From: Opitutia bacterium KCR 482
Lineage (GTDB): Bacteria > Verrucomicrobiota > Verrucomicrobiia > Opitutales > Intestinicryptomonadaceae
Direction of reading: 5' to 3'
DNA: 32,000 nt
NCBI GenBank assembly: GCA_029269845.2
Contig: CP149973.1
Location: 1,800,001-1,832,000 of the forward strand
Part shown: positions 7,475 through 15,818 of the stretch, in pieces
Layout of the letters: each line of letters opens with the position of its first letter
Position numbering within the stretch: position 1 is the first letter of the stretch
Position numbers and translations under genes: made by a program
Notes under the pieces: model-generated
Told to the model about the DNA's origin: nothing
Seen by the model: only the letters and a program-made list of their open reading frames with translations
The model's database searches: none

Positions 7475-9678
7475 CGTACCGCCCTGCGCGATTTTTTCGC
7501 CGCGCGTTTTTGTTTTGTTTCGGGCTTTGTTTCCGATTCGCCCGCCGCTTCGGTTTTTTCTTCCGCGTTTGTGTCGGAGGTAATCGATTTCGGCAGCACC
7601 GTTTTTTCGAAAGAGCTGAACTTGCGGTTTCCCGCGTCCATTGTTTCGTTTTTCGCGTCGTGGAATTTGCCCGTTTCGAAGTACCGCGCAACCTCTTTCG
7701 ACGTTTCCTCCGAGCCTATTTTGTTTTTTGCAAGCAGGGAGGCATACGCCTCGCTCTTTACCATTGTCGGGCGGATAAAAATGATAAGCTCGGTGCGCTC
7801 CACCTTTTTGGAATTGGGTTCGAAGAAGTGTCCCACGAGCGGGAGGTCGGAGAGCAGGAAGACTTCGCCGTCGGTCTTTGTTGATTTCGTCTGTTGCAGA
7901 CCCGCAAGAATCACGGTTTCGCCGCTTGCCGCCGACACGAAGCTTTCCGCCTCGCGCTTGCCGATAATCGGCTGGCTTACGTCGTTGATAAGCTGCGTGC
8001 GTACGACCGATTCCACGGTCTGTTTTATCTCCATCTGCACGACTCCGTTTTCGCCGATGAGCGGCTTTACTTCGAGGATTATGCCGATGTCCTTCCACTC
8101 GACGGTGTTTTTTGTCTGCGGGTAGTTTGTTGTTTCGATGGAGGTTGTCTGCGTGATGAGCGCCTGCGTTTCCGAGACGTTGATTGTCGCCTTTTTGTTG
8201 TGCGTTGTGACAATCGACGGCGCGGAGAGGATTTTTATGTTGCTGTTTTGCGACGCCACGCTGAACACGCTGTTGAAGCCGTATTCGTCGATTGAAAGCG
8301 TGAACGGCGAGGTTTCGGTGCCGTCCATTGCGGCGACCGCCGTCCGCCCGTTCCAGCCCTTTTTGCCCGAATCGTTCGGGAGCGTAGAGTAGCCCAGTCC
8401 GAACGACGAAAGCCCCGATGTCTGGTTGTCGGTGAGGGTGACTTCGGTTATGATTACGTCGATTTTTACCTGCGCGAGGACGATGTCGATTTTCTTTATG
8501 ATAGCGTCGATTTGTTTGAGGTCGGTGGGCGTGCCGTAGACCACTACCGAATTGCTGCGCTCGTCGGCGACAATCGTGATGTAGTCGGAGAACTGCAACG
8601 CCGCGCCCGTGGGGTCTGCCGTGAGGTTTGTTGGGAGCTTCGCGGCGTTCGCCGCCTTGTTTTGCGCGTTCGAGATTCTGTTTGCGCGGTTGGCGGCGTT
8701 GACCGCGGCGGTCTTTGCGGTCTGCGCGTTTTTGGCGGCGGTTTTCTGCCCCTTTACGACGCTGTTCAAAACGCTTTCGATGTCCTTCGCCTCGCCGTGT
8801 CTTATATAGAATACTTCCGACTTCGTAAGCGGCTGCGCGTCTACGTCGAGCTTTTCGATGATGTCGGTTATGTTTTTGAGGTTGCCCTTGGAGGTTGCGA
8901 TGAGCACTTGGTTTGTGCGCTCGTCGGCCTCTATTGTGGTTTTGTCGAAATACTTTTTGAGGACTTCGCTTTTGAGGGTTGCGAAGCGGCGTTTGAGGTC
9001 GTCGGCTGACATGTTTTTGAGCATGACAACGCCGATGTCCTCGTTGATTGTAGTGGGCGTGTCTATTTTCGAAAGCAGGGCTTCCACACGCTGGTGGTTT
9101 ACGAGGGTGTCGGTAAGCAGGAACGCGTTTTTCTGCGGGAAGAGCGCGATGAAGGGCGCGGCTTCGGGCGACACGCATTTGAGGAGCGTCTGCTGGAATG
9201 TTTCGGCGTCGGCGTATTTAAGCTCGTAGAGTTTCGAGAAAATCTCCTGCGTGGGCGCGATATTTTTTGCCGAGCCTGAAATGAGCGCGGGAGCCTGCGT
9301 TGCCGAAACTCCCGAATGCGACGCCTTGAAAAACTTTTCGCCGAGGGGCGTTATCGCAACCCCGTTTGCCGTCAGCAGCGACTTGAACGCAACTATCGCC
9401 TCCGACCTCGACAGCTTGCCCTCCGTGGAAAAATTTATCTTTACGTTCGGCAGGTTCGGCGCGACGATTGCGATTTTCCCCGTCAACGCCTCCAAAATCT
9501 TCACCGTGTTTGCGGGAGTTTCGTCCACGAGGAAAAACGGCCCCTGCGGGGCGTCGTCAAGCTTGGGCGATTGCAGGGCGGAACTTTGTTCGGGTTTCGC
9601 CCCGTCGGCGCGTCCGCAGACCGCCGCCGCCGTCGTTGCGACGGCAAACGCCGCCAGTTTTAGTGTCTTAAATTTCAT
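7471..9678 (-). CDS. gspD: Secretin (GspD family, type II/III secretion system protein)
   Basis: 735 aa with a signal peptide (MKFKTLKLAAFAVATTAAAVCG). N0/N1/N2/N3-like repeats are visible (KINFSTEGKLSRSEAIVAFKSLL; YELKYADAETFQQTL; VVMLKNMSADDLKR; VFYIRHGEAKDIESVL...ITIVADERSNSVVVYGTPTDLKQI). The C-terminal secretin domain follows (VKIDVIITEVTL...ILSAPSIVTTHNKKATINV...GETVILAGL...PLVGHFF). Confidence 0.9.
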   Translation of the reverse strand: MKFKTLKLAAFAVATTAAAVCGRADGAKPEQSSALQSPKLDDAPQGPFFLVDETPANTVKILEALTGKIAIVAPNLPNVKINFSTEGKLSRSEAIVAFKSLLTANGVAITPLGEKFFKASHSGVSATQAPALISGSAKNIAPTQEIFSKLYELKYADAETFQQTLLKCVSPEAAPFIALFPQKNAFLLTDTLVNHQRVEALLSKIDTPTTINEDIGVVMLKNMSADDLKRRFATLKSEVLKKYFDKTTIEADERTNQVLIATSKGNLKNITDIIEKLDVDAQPLTKSEVFYIRHGEAKDIESVLNSVVKGQKTAAKNAQTAKTAAVNAANRANRISNAQNKAANAAKLPTNLTADPTGAALQFSDYITIVADERSNSVVVYGTPTDLKQIDAIIKKIDIVLAQVKIDVIITEVTLTDNQTSGLSSFGLGYSTLPNDSGKKGWNGRTAVAAMDGTETSPFTLSIDEYGFNSVFSVASQNSNIKILSAPSIVTTHNKKATINVSETQALITQTTSIETTNYPQTKNTVEWKDIGIILEVKPLIGENGVVQMEIKQTVESVVRTQLINDVSQPIIGKREAESFVSAASGETVILAGLQQTKSTKTDGEVFLLSDLPLVGHFFEPNSKKVERTELIIFIRPTMVKSEAYASLLAKNKIGSEETSKEVARYFETGKFHDAKNETMDAGNRKFSSFEKTVLPKSITSDTNAEEKTEAAGESETKPETKQKRAAKKSRRAVR

Positions 9679-9840
9679 TGCAATGTGGTAAATGTGTATT
9701 TTTGCCCCGCGCGGCTATTGCGCGCGAAAGTCCGAAATGTATAGTCTCAGTACTATTAAATGCAACAGCTATCCGAAAGTTTCCGAAAAAAAATAAAAAA
9801 ATGAGTTGCATTTGGACGCGCCGAACATACAGTGGACTCT

Positions 9841-10098
9841 ATGAAACTTCGTAATACAGTTTTTCTTACTTTGATTGCCGCAGGCGCGGCTCTGCTCTCA
9901 GGCTGCAATGTGGCGGACGAAACCACGGCGCACCAGAAAAGCACGGTTTTCGGTCTCTACACCTACGAACCCGCCTGCTTTGCCCCCTCGTCTCCCACGT
10001 CGATGACCGTCCGCACGGACGACGCTTGCGGCATGGAACTGCCTTCCGGCGACAGAACCCAGTTCCTCTGGGGTCTCATCTCAATCGAAGACTACTAA
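9841..10098 (+). CDS. Small hypothetical lipoprotein (85 aa)
   Basis: MKLRNTVFLTLIAAGAALLSGC has a signal peptide and a lipobox. The track ORF starts at GTG 9832; I prefer ATG 9841. No family assigned. Confidence 0.55.
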   Translation: MKLRNTVFLTLIAAGAALLSGCNVADETTAHQKSTVFGLYTYEPACFAPSSPTSMTVRTDDACGMELPSGDRTQFLWGLISIEDY

Positions 10099-10158
10099 TA
10101 TTTCGGGAATTTTCCGCGCGGACGGGCTACCTCCACATGCTCCGCGCGGCATTTGCCT

Positions 10159-10220
10159 AAACGCTCCGTCGTTCGAACCGCCGCAGGTCGGCTGTCGATA
10201 TATCGTCGGAGCGTTTTTTT
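10159..10220 (+). terminator. Structured terminator-like element between the lipoprotein gene and coaX
   Basis: AAACGCTCCG (10159-10168) pairs with CGGAGCGTTT (10207-10216) and is followed by a 7-T run. The long loop contains the palindrome CGATATATCG. Upstream, two copies of the self-complementary CCGCGCGG (10114-10121 and 10142-10149) can also pair. Confidence 0.4.
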
Positions 10221-10237
10221 ATCCCCCTATTCGACAC

Positions 10238-11008
10238 ATGGATTCCGTTTATACAATAGACATCGGCAACACCCGCACGCACTGCGCGCTCGTTTCCGCA
10301 AGCGGCGGAAAGTACGAAATACTTTCGTCGGCGGACTACATGAGCGCGGACTTTGCGCGGATTTTCGCCGAAGAACGCCTGCTCGACGCAAGCGGCGCGG
10401 ACGCCGCGGCATGGTGCTCCGTAGTGCCGAAATACTCGGACGCGCTTTCGGAAGTTCTTGACGGGCGGGGGTCTTTCAGGCTCTCGCACGAAACGTCGCC
10501 CATCGAAATAGACCTGCCCAATCCCGCCCAGTTGGGGCAGGACAGAATTGCCGACGCCGTCGGCGCGGGGCTGTTTTTCGAGCCGCCGTACATCGTGGTG
10601 GACATGGGGACTGCGGTCACGATTGACTTGGTCGATTCGCGCGGGAAATATGCGGGCGGGGCAATCGCCCCCGGAATGCACGCGTTTGCGGAGTATCTCA
10701 ACGAACGCGCGGCGCAGCTGCCCAAAATAAACCCCGCCGACGCCGACTACGGGGCGAGCATCGGCAGGGACACGGTTTCGGCAATGCACGTCGGCTGCGT
10801 GAAGGGCTTTTGCAAGCTTGCCGACGGGATTATCGCAGACATCGAGCGCGACTTCTTCGGCGGCGGGAGCGCGGCGGAGCGCACGGTTTTCACGGGGGGG
10901 AGCGTTGGGCTTCTTCCTAAAAAATGGCTTGCAGACAGGAAAATCGAGTCCAATCTTGCAAACTTGGGTTTGGCAAGGTCGTACCTTTTGAACACGGAAA
11001 AAATATAG
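10238..11008 (+). CDS. coaX: Type III pantothenate kinase
   Basis: 256 aa. Contains IDIGNTRTH (phosphate-1 motif), GQDRIADAVGA, VVDMGTAVTID, GGAIAPG and GRDTVSAMHVG, all characteristic of the CoaX/Baf family. Confidence 0.9.
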   Translation: MDSVYTIDIGNTRTHCALVSASGGKYEILSSADYMSADFARIFAEERLLDASGADAAAWCSVVPKYSDALSEVLDGRGSFRLSHETSPIEIDLPNPAQLGQDRIADAVGAGLFFEPPYIVVDMGTAVTIDLVDSRGKYAGGAIAPGMHAFAEYLNERAAQLPKINPADADYGASIGRDTVSAMHVGCVKGFCKLADGIIADIERDFFGGGSAAERTVFTGGSVGLLPKKWLADRKIESNLANLGLARSYLLNTEKI

Positions 11009-11011
11009 AAT

Positions 11012-12196
11012 ATGAAAAAGATTTTGACTGCATTTATATTGGCTTCGCTGGCGTCGGTTTCGTTCGGAAACCCGTCGCCCGAACTTCTCAAAAACAAGGC
11101 GGACTTTTCGAAGACCGAACTTTTCGAGTCGAACGCGGTGTTTGCCGACAAGGCGGCGAACGCGGCCCTTCTGCGCGACTACGAGGCGAACCCCGCCGCG
11201 TACAAGCCCGACCAGCTTCTGCCCGTCGCGGTCTGCTACCTGAGCTTCGGCGACATTCCGAAGTCGAAGGCGGCGTTCGAGTCTTTTCTGAAAACCTCGC
11301 CGAAAAATATCCGCGCCCTCAGGACTCTCGGCACGATAAGCCTGCTGTCGAAAGATTTCGACACCGCGATGCGCTACTACAAAACGGCAATCGCCGCGGG
11401 CGACGAGAAGTCGAACGTGTTTCTCGGAAGCGCGTACATCATGGCGAACAAAGCCGACGAAGTTAAGCCGCTTCTGCCCGTCCTCGAAAAGCTTGCCAAG
11501 ACGAATTTGGAGGCTCTGAACGTGGTGATGTTCTACGCGGGGCGCGACAGAAAGAACTTCGACAGGGAGCTTGTCCAGAAAGTCCTCGCAGGCGTTGACG
11601 CCCGAAGCATTCTCGAAAGCGCGACGCCCGACGGAATGTCCACGGTTTTGCGCCTGTATCTGGCAACGCGCGACATGTGGCCGGTGTCCGCTCTCGCGGT
11701 GCCCGCCCGCGCGGCGGCTCTCGCCGAGCTTTGGACTGTTGCGCTGCCTGCGTATAAAAAGATTCTCGCCGCCGAGCCCAACAACAGGCTCGCCCTGCGC
11801 GGAATGGGCTTGGTTGCCTACCGCACGGGCGACATCATGGGAGCTGCAAACTACATCATGAAGGCGTACAAGGCGGGCGAAAAGGCGGCGGTTTCCGACG
11901 GCATAGACCTTTTCCTGCTCTCGCGCAACCGCGCCGTTTGGGAAATGTTCAAGCCGCTTTCGGGCGAAGTGGACCCCGCTCCCGCGGTTCTCGCGGAGCT
12001 TGTGCGCTGCTCGGTGGGGCGCGACGACTCCGCCGACGCTTTCTACTACGGCGCGCTCGGCAAAAACTCCGCGCCCCTCTACGCCGACGAAGCGGTTTCA
12101 AAGCTTCTCGAAGACGGCGTGAAAAAATACTCCTCCGACAAGCGTTCGGCGGAGGTCGCAAAGAGGCTCGCCGCGGCAAAGCCCGCAAAAAAATAA
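11012..12196 (+). CDS. Secreted TPR-repeat protein
   Basis: 394 aa with a signal peptide (MKKILTAFILASLASVSFG). Several TPR-like helical pairs are visible (AAFESFLKTSPKNIRALRTLGTISLLSKDFDTAMRYYKTAIAAG; LPAYKKILAAEPNNRLALRGMGLVAYRTGDIMGAANYIMKAYKAG). It starts 3 nt after the coaX stop. Confidence 0.7.
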   Translation: MKKILTAFILASLASVSFGNPSPELLKNKADFSKTELFESNAVFADKAANAALLRDYEANPAAYKPDQLLPVAVCYLSFGDIPKSKAAFESFLKTSPKNIRALRTLGTISLLSKDFDTAMRYYKTAIAAGDEKSNVFLGSAYIMANKADEVKPLLPVLEKLAKTNLEALNVVMFYAGRDRKNFDRELVQKVLAGVDARSILESATPDGMSTVLRLYLATRDMWPVSALAVPARAAALAELWTVALPAYKKILAAEPNNRLALRGMGLVAYRTGDIMGAANYIMKAYKAGEKAAVSDGIDLFLLSRNRAVWEMFKPLSGEVDPAPAVLAELVRCSVGRDDSADAFYYGALGKNSAPLYADEAVSKLLEDGVKKYSSDKRSAEVAKRLAAAKPAKK

Positions 12197-12197
12197 G

Positions 12198-12443
12198 ATG
12201 GTTCGCGAGCGCAAAAAAAAGACGGACTACGGCGCGCTCAACAGCCCGTTCATGCGGATTCCGCGCATGGACGTACGCGCGGCGCGCGTGCTGCTCGACA
12301 TCGGCGTGCGCGAAATTTACGAGCTTCGCGGGCGCGACCCCGAATCGCTCCTCGCCGACGCCCGCAAAAAACGCCCGACGATTCCCGACGATATTCTGAA
12401 ATTTTTGAAAATCGCGGTCGATTTCGCCGACGCGCAGGAATAA
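12198..12443 (+). CDS. Small helix-hairpin-helix protein (Cdd1 / pathogenicity-locus PF11731-like)
   Basis: 81 aa. RIPRMDVRAARVLLDIGVREIYELRGRDPESLL resembles the HhH motif of small Cdd1-family proteins. It starts 1 nt after the TPR gene stop. Confidence 0.45.
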   Translation: MVRERKKKTDYGALNSPFMRIPRMDVRAARVLLDIGVREIYELRGRDPESLLADARKKRPTIPDDILKFLKIAVDFADAQE

Positions 12444-12479
12444 TGCGCTGCGCGGAAAAATCGCAAAATTTGACCAAAT

Positions 12480-13265
12480 ATGTACAAAGACGATAAATTG
12501 ACGATAGGCGGCAGGGAGTTCTCCTCCCGCCTTTTTCTCGGCACGGGAAAGTTCTCGTCGCCGCAGGTAATGATGGACGCGCTTGCGCAGAGCGGCGCGT
12601 CGGTCGCGACGGTCGCGTTGAAGCGCGCAAATCTTGGCGGAGGTTCGGACGCGTCGGCGGACATCGCCGAATGGCTCGAACCCGACAAGTACCTCGTTCT
12701 GCCCAATACGTCTGGCGCGGTGAACGCCGACGAGGCAGTGAGAATTGCGCGGCTCGGACGCGCCGCGGGCTTCGGCGATTTCGTGAAGCTCGAAATCCAC
12801 CCCGACCCGAACTACCTTCTTCCCGACCCCATCGACACCCTCGAAGCCACGAAAATCCTTTCGAAAGACGGCTTCAAGGTGATGGCGTACATCAATGCCG
12901 ATCCCGTTCTTGCGCTCCGCCTCCAAGACGCGGGCGCGGTCGCCGTCATGCCGCTGGGCGCGCCAATCGGCACAAACAGAGGCGTCGAGACGCGCGGACA
13001 GGTCGAAATAATCATAGAGCAGTGCGACGTCCCCGTTGTAGTAGACGCGGGCATAGGGCTTCCGTCGCATGCGGCGGAGGCCATGGAAATGGGGGCGGCA
13101 GCCGTCATGATAAACACTGCGGTTGCGGCTGCGTCCGACCCCATCGCGATGGCGAAGGCGTTTGCGGCGGCGGTCGAGGCTGGGCGCACGGCAAAGCTCA
13201 CGGCGTCGTTCGAACGCGGGGTTTTCGCTTCGGCGACAAGCCCTCTTACGGGGTTCTTGGAGTAG
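12480..13265 (+). CDS. thiG: Thiazole synthase
   Basis: 261 aa. LTIGGREFSSRLFLGTGKF, VTVALKR, LPNTSG, VKLEIHPD, LLPDP, FKVMAYINADPVLA, AVMPLGAPIGTNRG and VPVVVDAGIG match ThiG throughout. Confidence 0.93.
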   Translation: MYKDDKLTIGGREFSSRLFLGTGKFSSPQVMMDALAQSGASVATVALKRANLGGGSDASADIAEWLEPDKYLVLPNTSGAVNADEAVRIARLGRAAGFGDFVKLEIHPDPNYLLPDPIDTLEATKILSKDGFKVMAYINADPVLALRLQDAGAVAVMPLGAPIGTNRGVETRGQVEIIIEQCDVPVVVDAGIGLPSHAAEAMEMGAAAVMINTAVAAASDPIAMAKAFAAAVEAGRTAKLTASFERGVFASATSPLTGFLE

Positions 13266-13271
13266 ACCGCA

Positions 13272-14411
13272 ATGAAGGACACTTTTTTGGAGGAGTTGCG
13301 CAGCCGCGACCTGCACGCGCTTTCGGAAATTTCGCGCAAAACTTCCGCGCGTGAGGTCGAGCACATTTTGCGCAAGGGGCATGCCGACACGCTCGAAGAG
13401 TTCGCCGCGCTGATTTCGCCCGCCGCCGAAGCCTATTTGGAGCAGATGGCGCAGCTTTCCGCGGCAATCACGCGCAAATATTTCGGGCGCACAATGCGCA
13501 TGTTCGCGCCGCTTTACGTCAGCAACGAGTGCATAAACAACTGCGTCTACTGCGGCTTTGCGCACAGGCATTCGATAGAACGCCGCACTCTTTCGCTCGA
13601 AGAGGTCGAACGCGAGGTCGAGGCTATTTACAGGCTCGGATTCCGCAACATTTTGCTTGTAGCCGCCGAGAACCCCAAGCTTGTTTCGTCGGGCTACATG
13701 GCGGACGTCATCGACATCGCGATAAAGCGCATGCCGTCGGTCTCGATTGAAATCGCGCCGTCGCGCGTGGTAGACTACAAAAAGTACGTCGACACGGGTT
13801 GCGAGGGGCTTACGGTCTTTCAGGAAACATACGACGAAAAGGTGTACCCCACGCTCCACCCGTCGGGGCCGAAATCGGTGTTCTGGTGGCGTCTCGGCAC
13901 GCCCGAACGCGGCGCGGAGGCGGGCATGCGCAAGCTCGGCTTGGGCCCCCTTTTGGGCGTCAACGAATGGCGCTTCGAGGTGCTTGCGGTCGCGCTTCAC
14001 GCAAAGTTTTTAATGCACAAGGCGTGGAGGTCGCAGATTTCGATAAGCCTGCCGCGCATGCGCCCCGCCGCAAGCGGCTACGTTCCGCTTCCGCAGAACA
14101 TTCCCACCGACCGCGAGCTTGTCTTGACGACATGCGCCCTCAGGATTTTCCTCAGCCGCCTTGCGATTGTGGTCTCCACGCGCGAAAGCAGAAAACTTCG
14201 CGACGGACTCATGGGCTTGGGCGTAACCCAGATGAGCGCGTTCAGCAGCACCAAGCCCGGCGGATACGCCGACCGCGAGGAAAGCGGCGAGCAGTTCCAT
14301 ATCGACGACGGCCGCACGCCCGCGGAGTTCGCCGAAGCCCTGAAAAAACACGGGCTCGACCCCGTCTGGAAAGACTTCGACACGGCGTTTGTGTCGCGCG
14401 GCGCGGAGTAG
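13272..14411 (+). CDS. thiH: 2-iminoacetate synthase (tyrosine lyase), radical SAM
   Basis: 379 aa. The radical-SAM motif CINNCVYCGF follows APLYVSNE, and the ThiH-like C-terminal part is present (SLPRMRPA...VSTRES...LGVTQMSA). It starts 6 nt after thiG. Confidence 0.9.
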   Translation: MKDTFLEELRSRDLHALSEISRKTSAREVEHILRKGHADTLEEFAALISPAAEAYLEQMAQLSAAITRKYFGRTMRMFAPLYVSNECINNCVYCGFAHRHSIERRTLSLEEVEREVEAIYRLGFRNILLVAAENPKLVSSGYMADVIDIAIKRMPSVSIEIAPSRVVDYKKYVDTGCEGLTVFQETYDEKVYPTLHPSGPKSVFWWRLGTPERGAEAGMRKLGLGPLLGVNEWRFEVLAVALHAKFLMHKAWRSQISISLPRMRPAASGYVPLPQNIPTDRELVLTTCALRIFLSRLAIVVSTRESRKLRDGLMGLGVTQMSAFSSTKPGGYADREESGEQFHIDDGRTPAEFAEALKKHGLDPVWKDFDTAFVSRGAE

Positions 14412-14418
14412 GTTTTCC

Positions 14419-14438
14419 CGCGCTTCGGCGCGTTTTTT
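14419..14438 (+). terminator. Weak hairpin plus T-run after thiH (possible partial terminator)
   Basis: CGCGC-TTCG-GCGCG forms a 5-bp GC stem with a UUCG tetraloop, followed by TTTTTT. The next gene starts only 22 nt later, so read-through is plausible. Confidence 0.4.
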
Positions 14439-14459
14439 CCAACAACAAAAGCGCTTCAT

Positions 14460-15818
14460 ATGAAAAAAATCGCTTCCGTTTTGACATTGATTGCCTGTTG
14501 CGCCTGCGCCTACGCCGCTTCGGCGGGTGCGTGGACGGTTTCGGGGAGGGCGTCGGCGACGCCCGACGGCGTTCTGCGTCTTGAAAGGGGCGCGTCCGCG
14601 CTGCTCCCGCCCGAAAACAACGGCGGTGCGTTTGCCGACTTCGAGCTTTCATGCGAAGTCCGCACGTCGCCGAACACAACGGGCTTTGTGGCGTTCCACA
14701 CCGATTCCGCGTTCTCGAAAGGCTACAAAATTGCGCTCGACAATTCGGCGGAATCGAAAACGTGGTGGCGCAAGACGGGCAGTCTGCTCGGAGTGCGGAA
14801 CGTCGTAAAGCGCGTTGGCGCGGACGGCGAATGGCTGAGGCTTTGCGCGAGGGTGTCGGGCAACCTTGTTGAAATTTCGGTAGACGGACAGAAGCTTGTG
14901 GAGTACGCCGAGCCTGAAAATCCGTACAGGCTTCCGCAAAACAAAAACGCGCGTCTGGGAGACGGCGCAATCGGCGTGAAATGCGATTCGGGCGGCTTTG
15001 TGGAGCTAAGAAATTTCAGGGTGTCGAAGCTCAAAAAATCGGCGGCGCGCGCGCAGTCCGAACCCGAAACGGCGGAGGGCGTCATTGCCCTCCACCAGTC
15101 CGACTTCCCCGTGCTCGACTACCATGTGCACCTTAAAGGCGACCTCGACGCCGAAAAGGCGAAAGCACAGTCGCGTAAATACGGCATAAACTACGCAATC
15201 GCCGTCAACTGCGGCAAGGACTTCCCGATAGATAGGGATTCGCTCGCGCTCGAATTTTTCGAAAAGAACAAGTCGCAGCCGTACATCGTCGCAATGCAGG
15301 CGGAGGGGCGCGAGTGGACAAAACTCATTTCCAAGCCCGTCCGCGCAAAATTCGCCTACGCCTTTACCGACGCCATGACTTTCGAGGATGGAAGCGGAAC
15401 GCGCGTCCACCTTTGGATTCCCGCCGAAGTGAAAGTGGGCGACAGGCAGGAGTACATGGACATGATTGTGGAAAAAATCTGCGGCGTGCTCGGCGAACCC
15501 GCCAACATCTACGCCAACGCGACATACCTGCCCGCCGAGCTCCAGCCCGAATACGCAAAACTTTGGACACCCGCCCGACGCGCAAAAATGCTCGACGCTC
15601 TGGTTCGCGGCGGCATGGCGCTGGAAATCAGCGCGCGCTACAAAATTCCCGACGCCGAATTTGTGAAGGCGGCAAAGGCCCGCGGCGTAAAGTTCACATT
15701 CGGCAGCAACAACGGCAACTCCGATTTCGGCAAGCTTGAATACTGCCTGAAAACCGCGCGGGAGTGCGGGCTTACCGCCTCCGACATGCTCAACCCCTAC
15801 GAGTGCCGCCCGCGTTAA
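14460..15818 (+). CDS. Secreted two-domain protein: DUF1080 (3-keto-disaccharide hydrolase / concanavalin-like) N-domain fused to a metal-dependent hydrolase-like (PHP/amidohydrolase-type) C-domain
   Basis: 452 aa with a signal peptide (MKKIASVLTLIACCACAYA). The N-domain has DUF1080 hallmarks (W...G.......DGVL......LL....FADFELSCEVR....NTGF.FH; GNLVEISVDGQKLVEYAE; GAIGVKCDSGGFVELRNFRV). The C-domain starts with VLDYHVHLKGD, an HxH metal-binding motif. Confidence 0.6.
   Translation: MKKIASVLTLIACCACAYAASAGAWTVSGRASATPDGVLRLERGASALLPPENNGGAFADFELSCEVRTSPNTTGFVAFHTDSAFSKGYKIALDNSAESKTWWRKTGSLLGVRNVVKRVGADGEWLRLCARVSGNLVEISVDGQKLVEYAEPENPYRLPQNKNARLGDGAIGVKCDSGGFVELRNFRVSKLKKSAARAQSEPETAEGVIALHQSDFPVLDYHVHLKGDLDAEKAKAQSRKYGINYAIAVNCGKDFPIDRDSLALEFFEKNKSQPYIVAMQAEGREWTKLISKPVRAKFAYAFTDAMTFEDGSGTRVHLWIPAEVKVGDRQEYMDMIVEKICGVLGEPANIYANATYLPAELQPEYAKLWTPARRAKMLDALVRGGMALEISARYKIPDAEFVKAAKARGVKFTFGSNNGNSDFGKLEYCLKTARECGLTASDMLNPYECRPR

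Noticed and set aside
6941-9178. 745-aa minus-strand ORF overlapping the secretin gene out of frame
   Set aside because: Its first roughly 570 codons are Arg/His/Lys-rich nonsense running in an alternative frame of gspD. Only the last 177 codons, from ATG 7474, have a signal peptide and protein-like composition, and these are annotated separately.
12444-12479. Possible TPP riboswitch ahead of thiG
   Set aside because: The gap is only 36 nt and I saw no THI-box core sequence here or further upstream in the array. This cannot be excluded without a covariance-model scan, but nothing supports it.
11949-14000. 683-aa minus-strand ORF across thiG/thiH and the end of the TPR gene
   Set aside because: It is antisense to three genes with strong family signatures. 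Its composition is extremely Arg-rich and no motifs are present.
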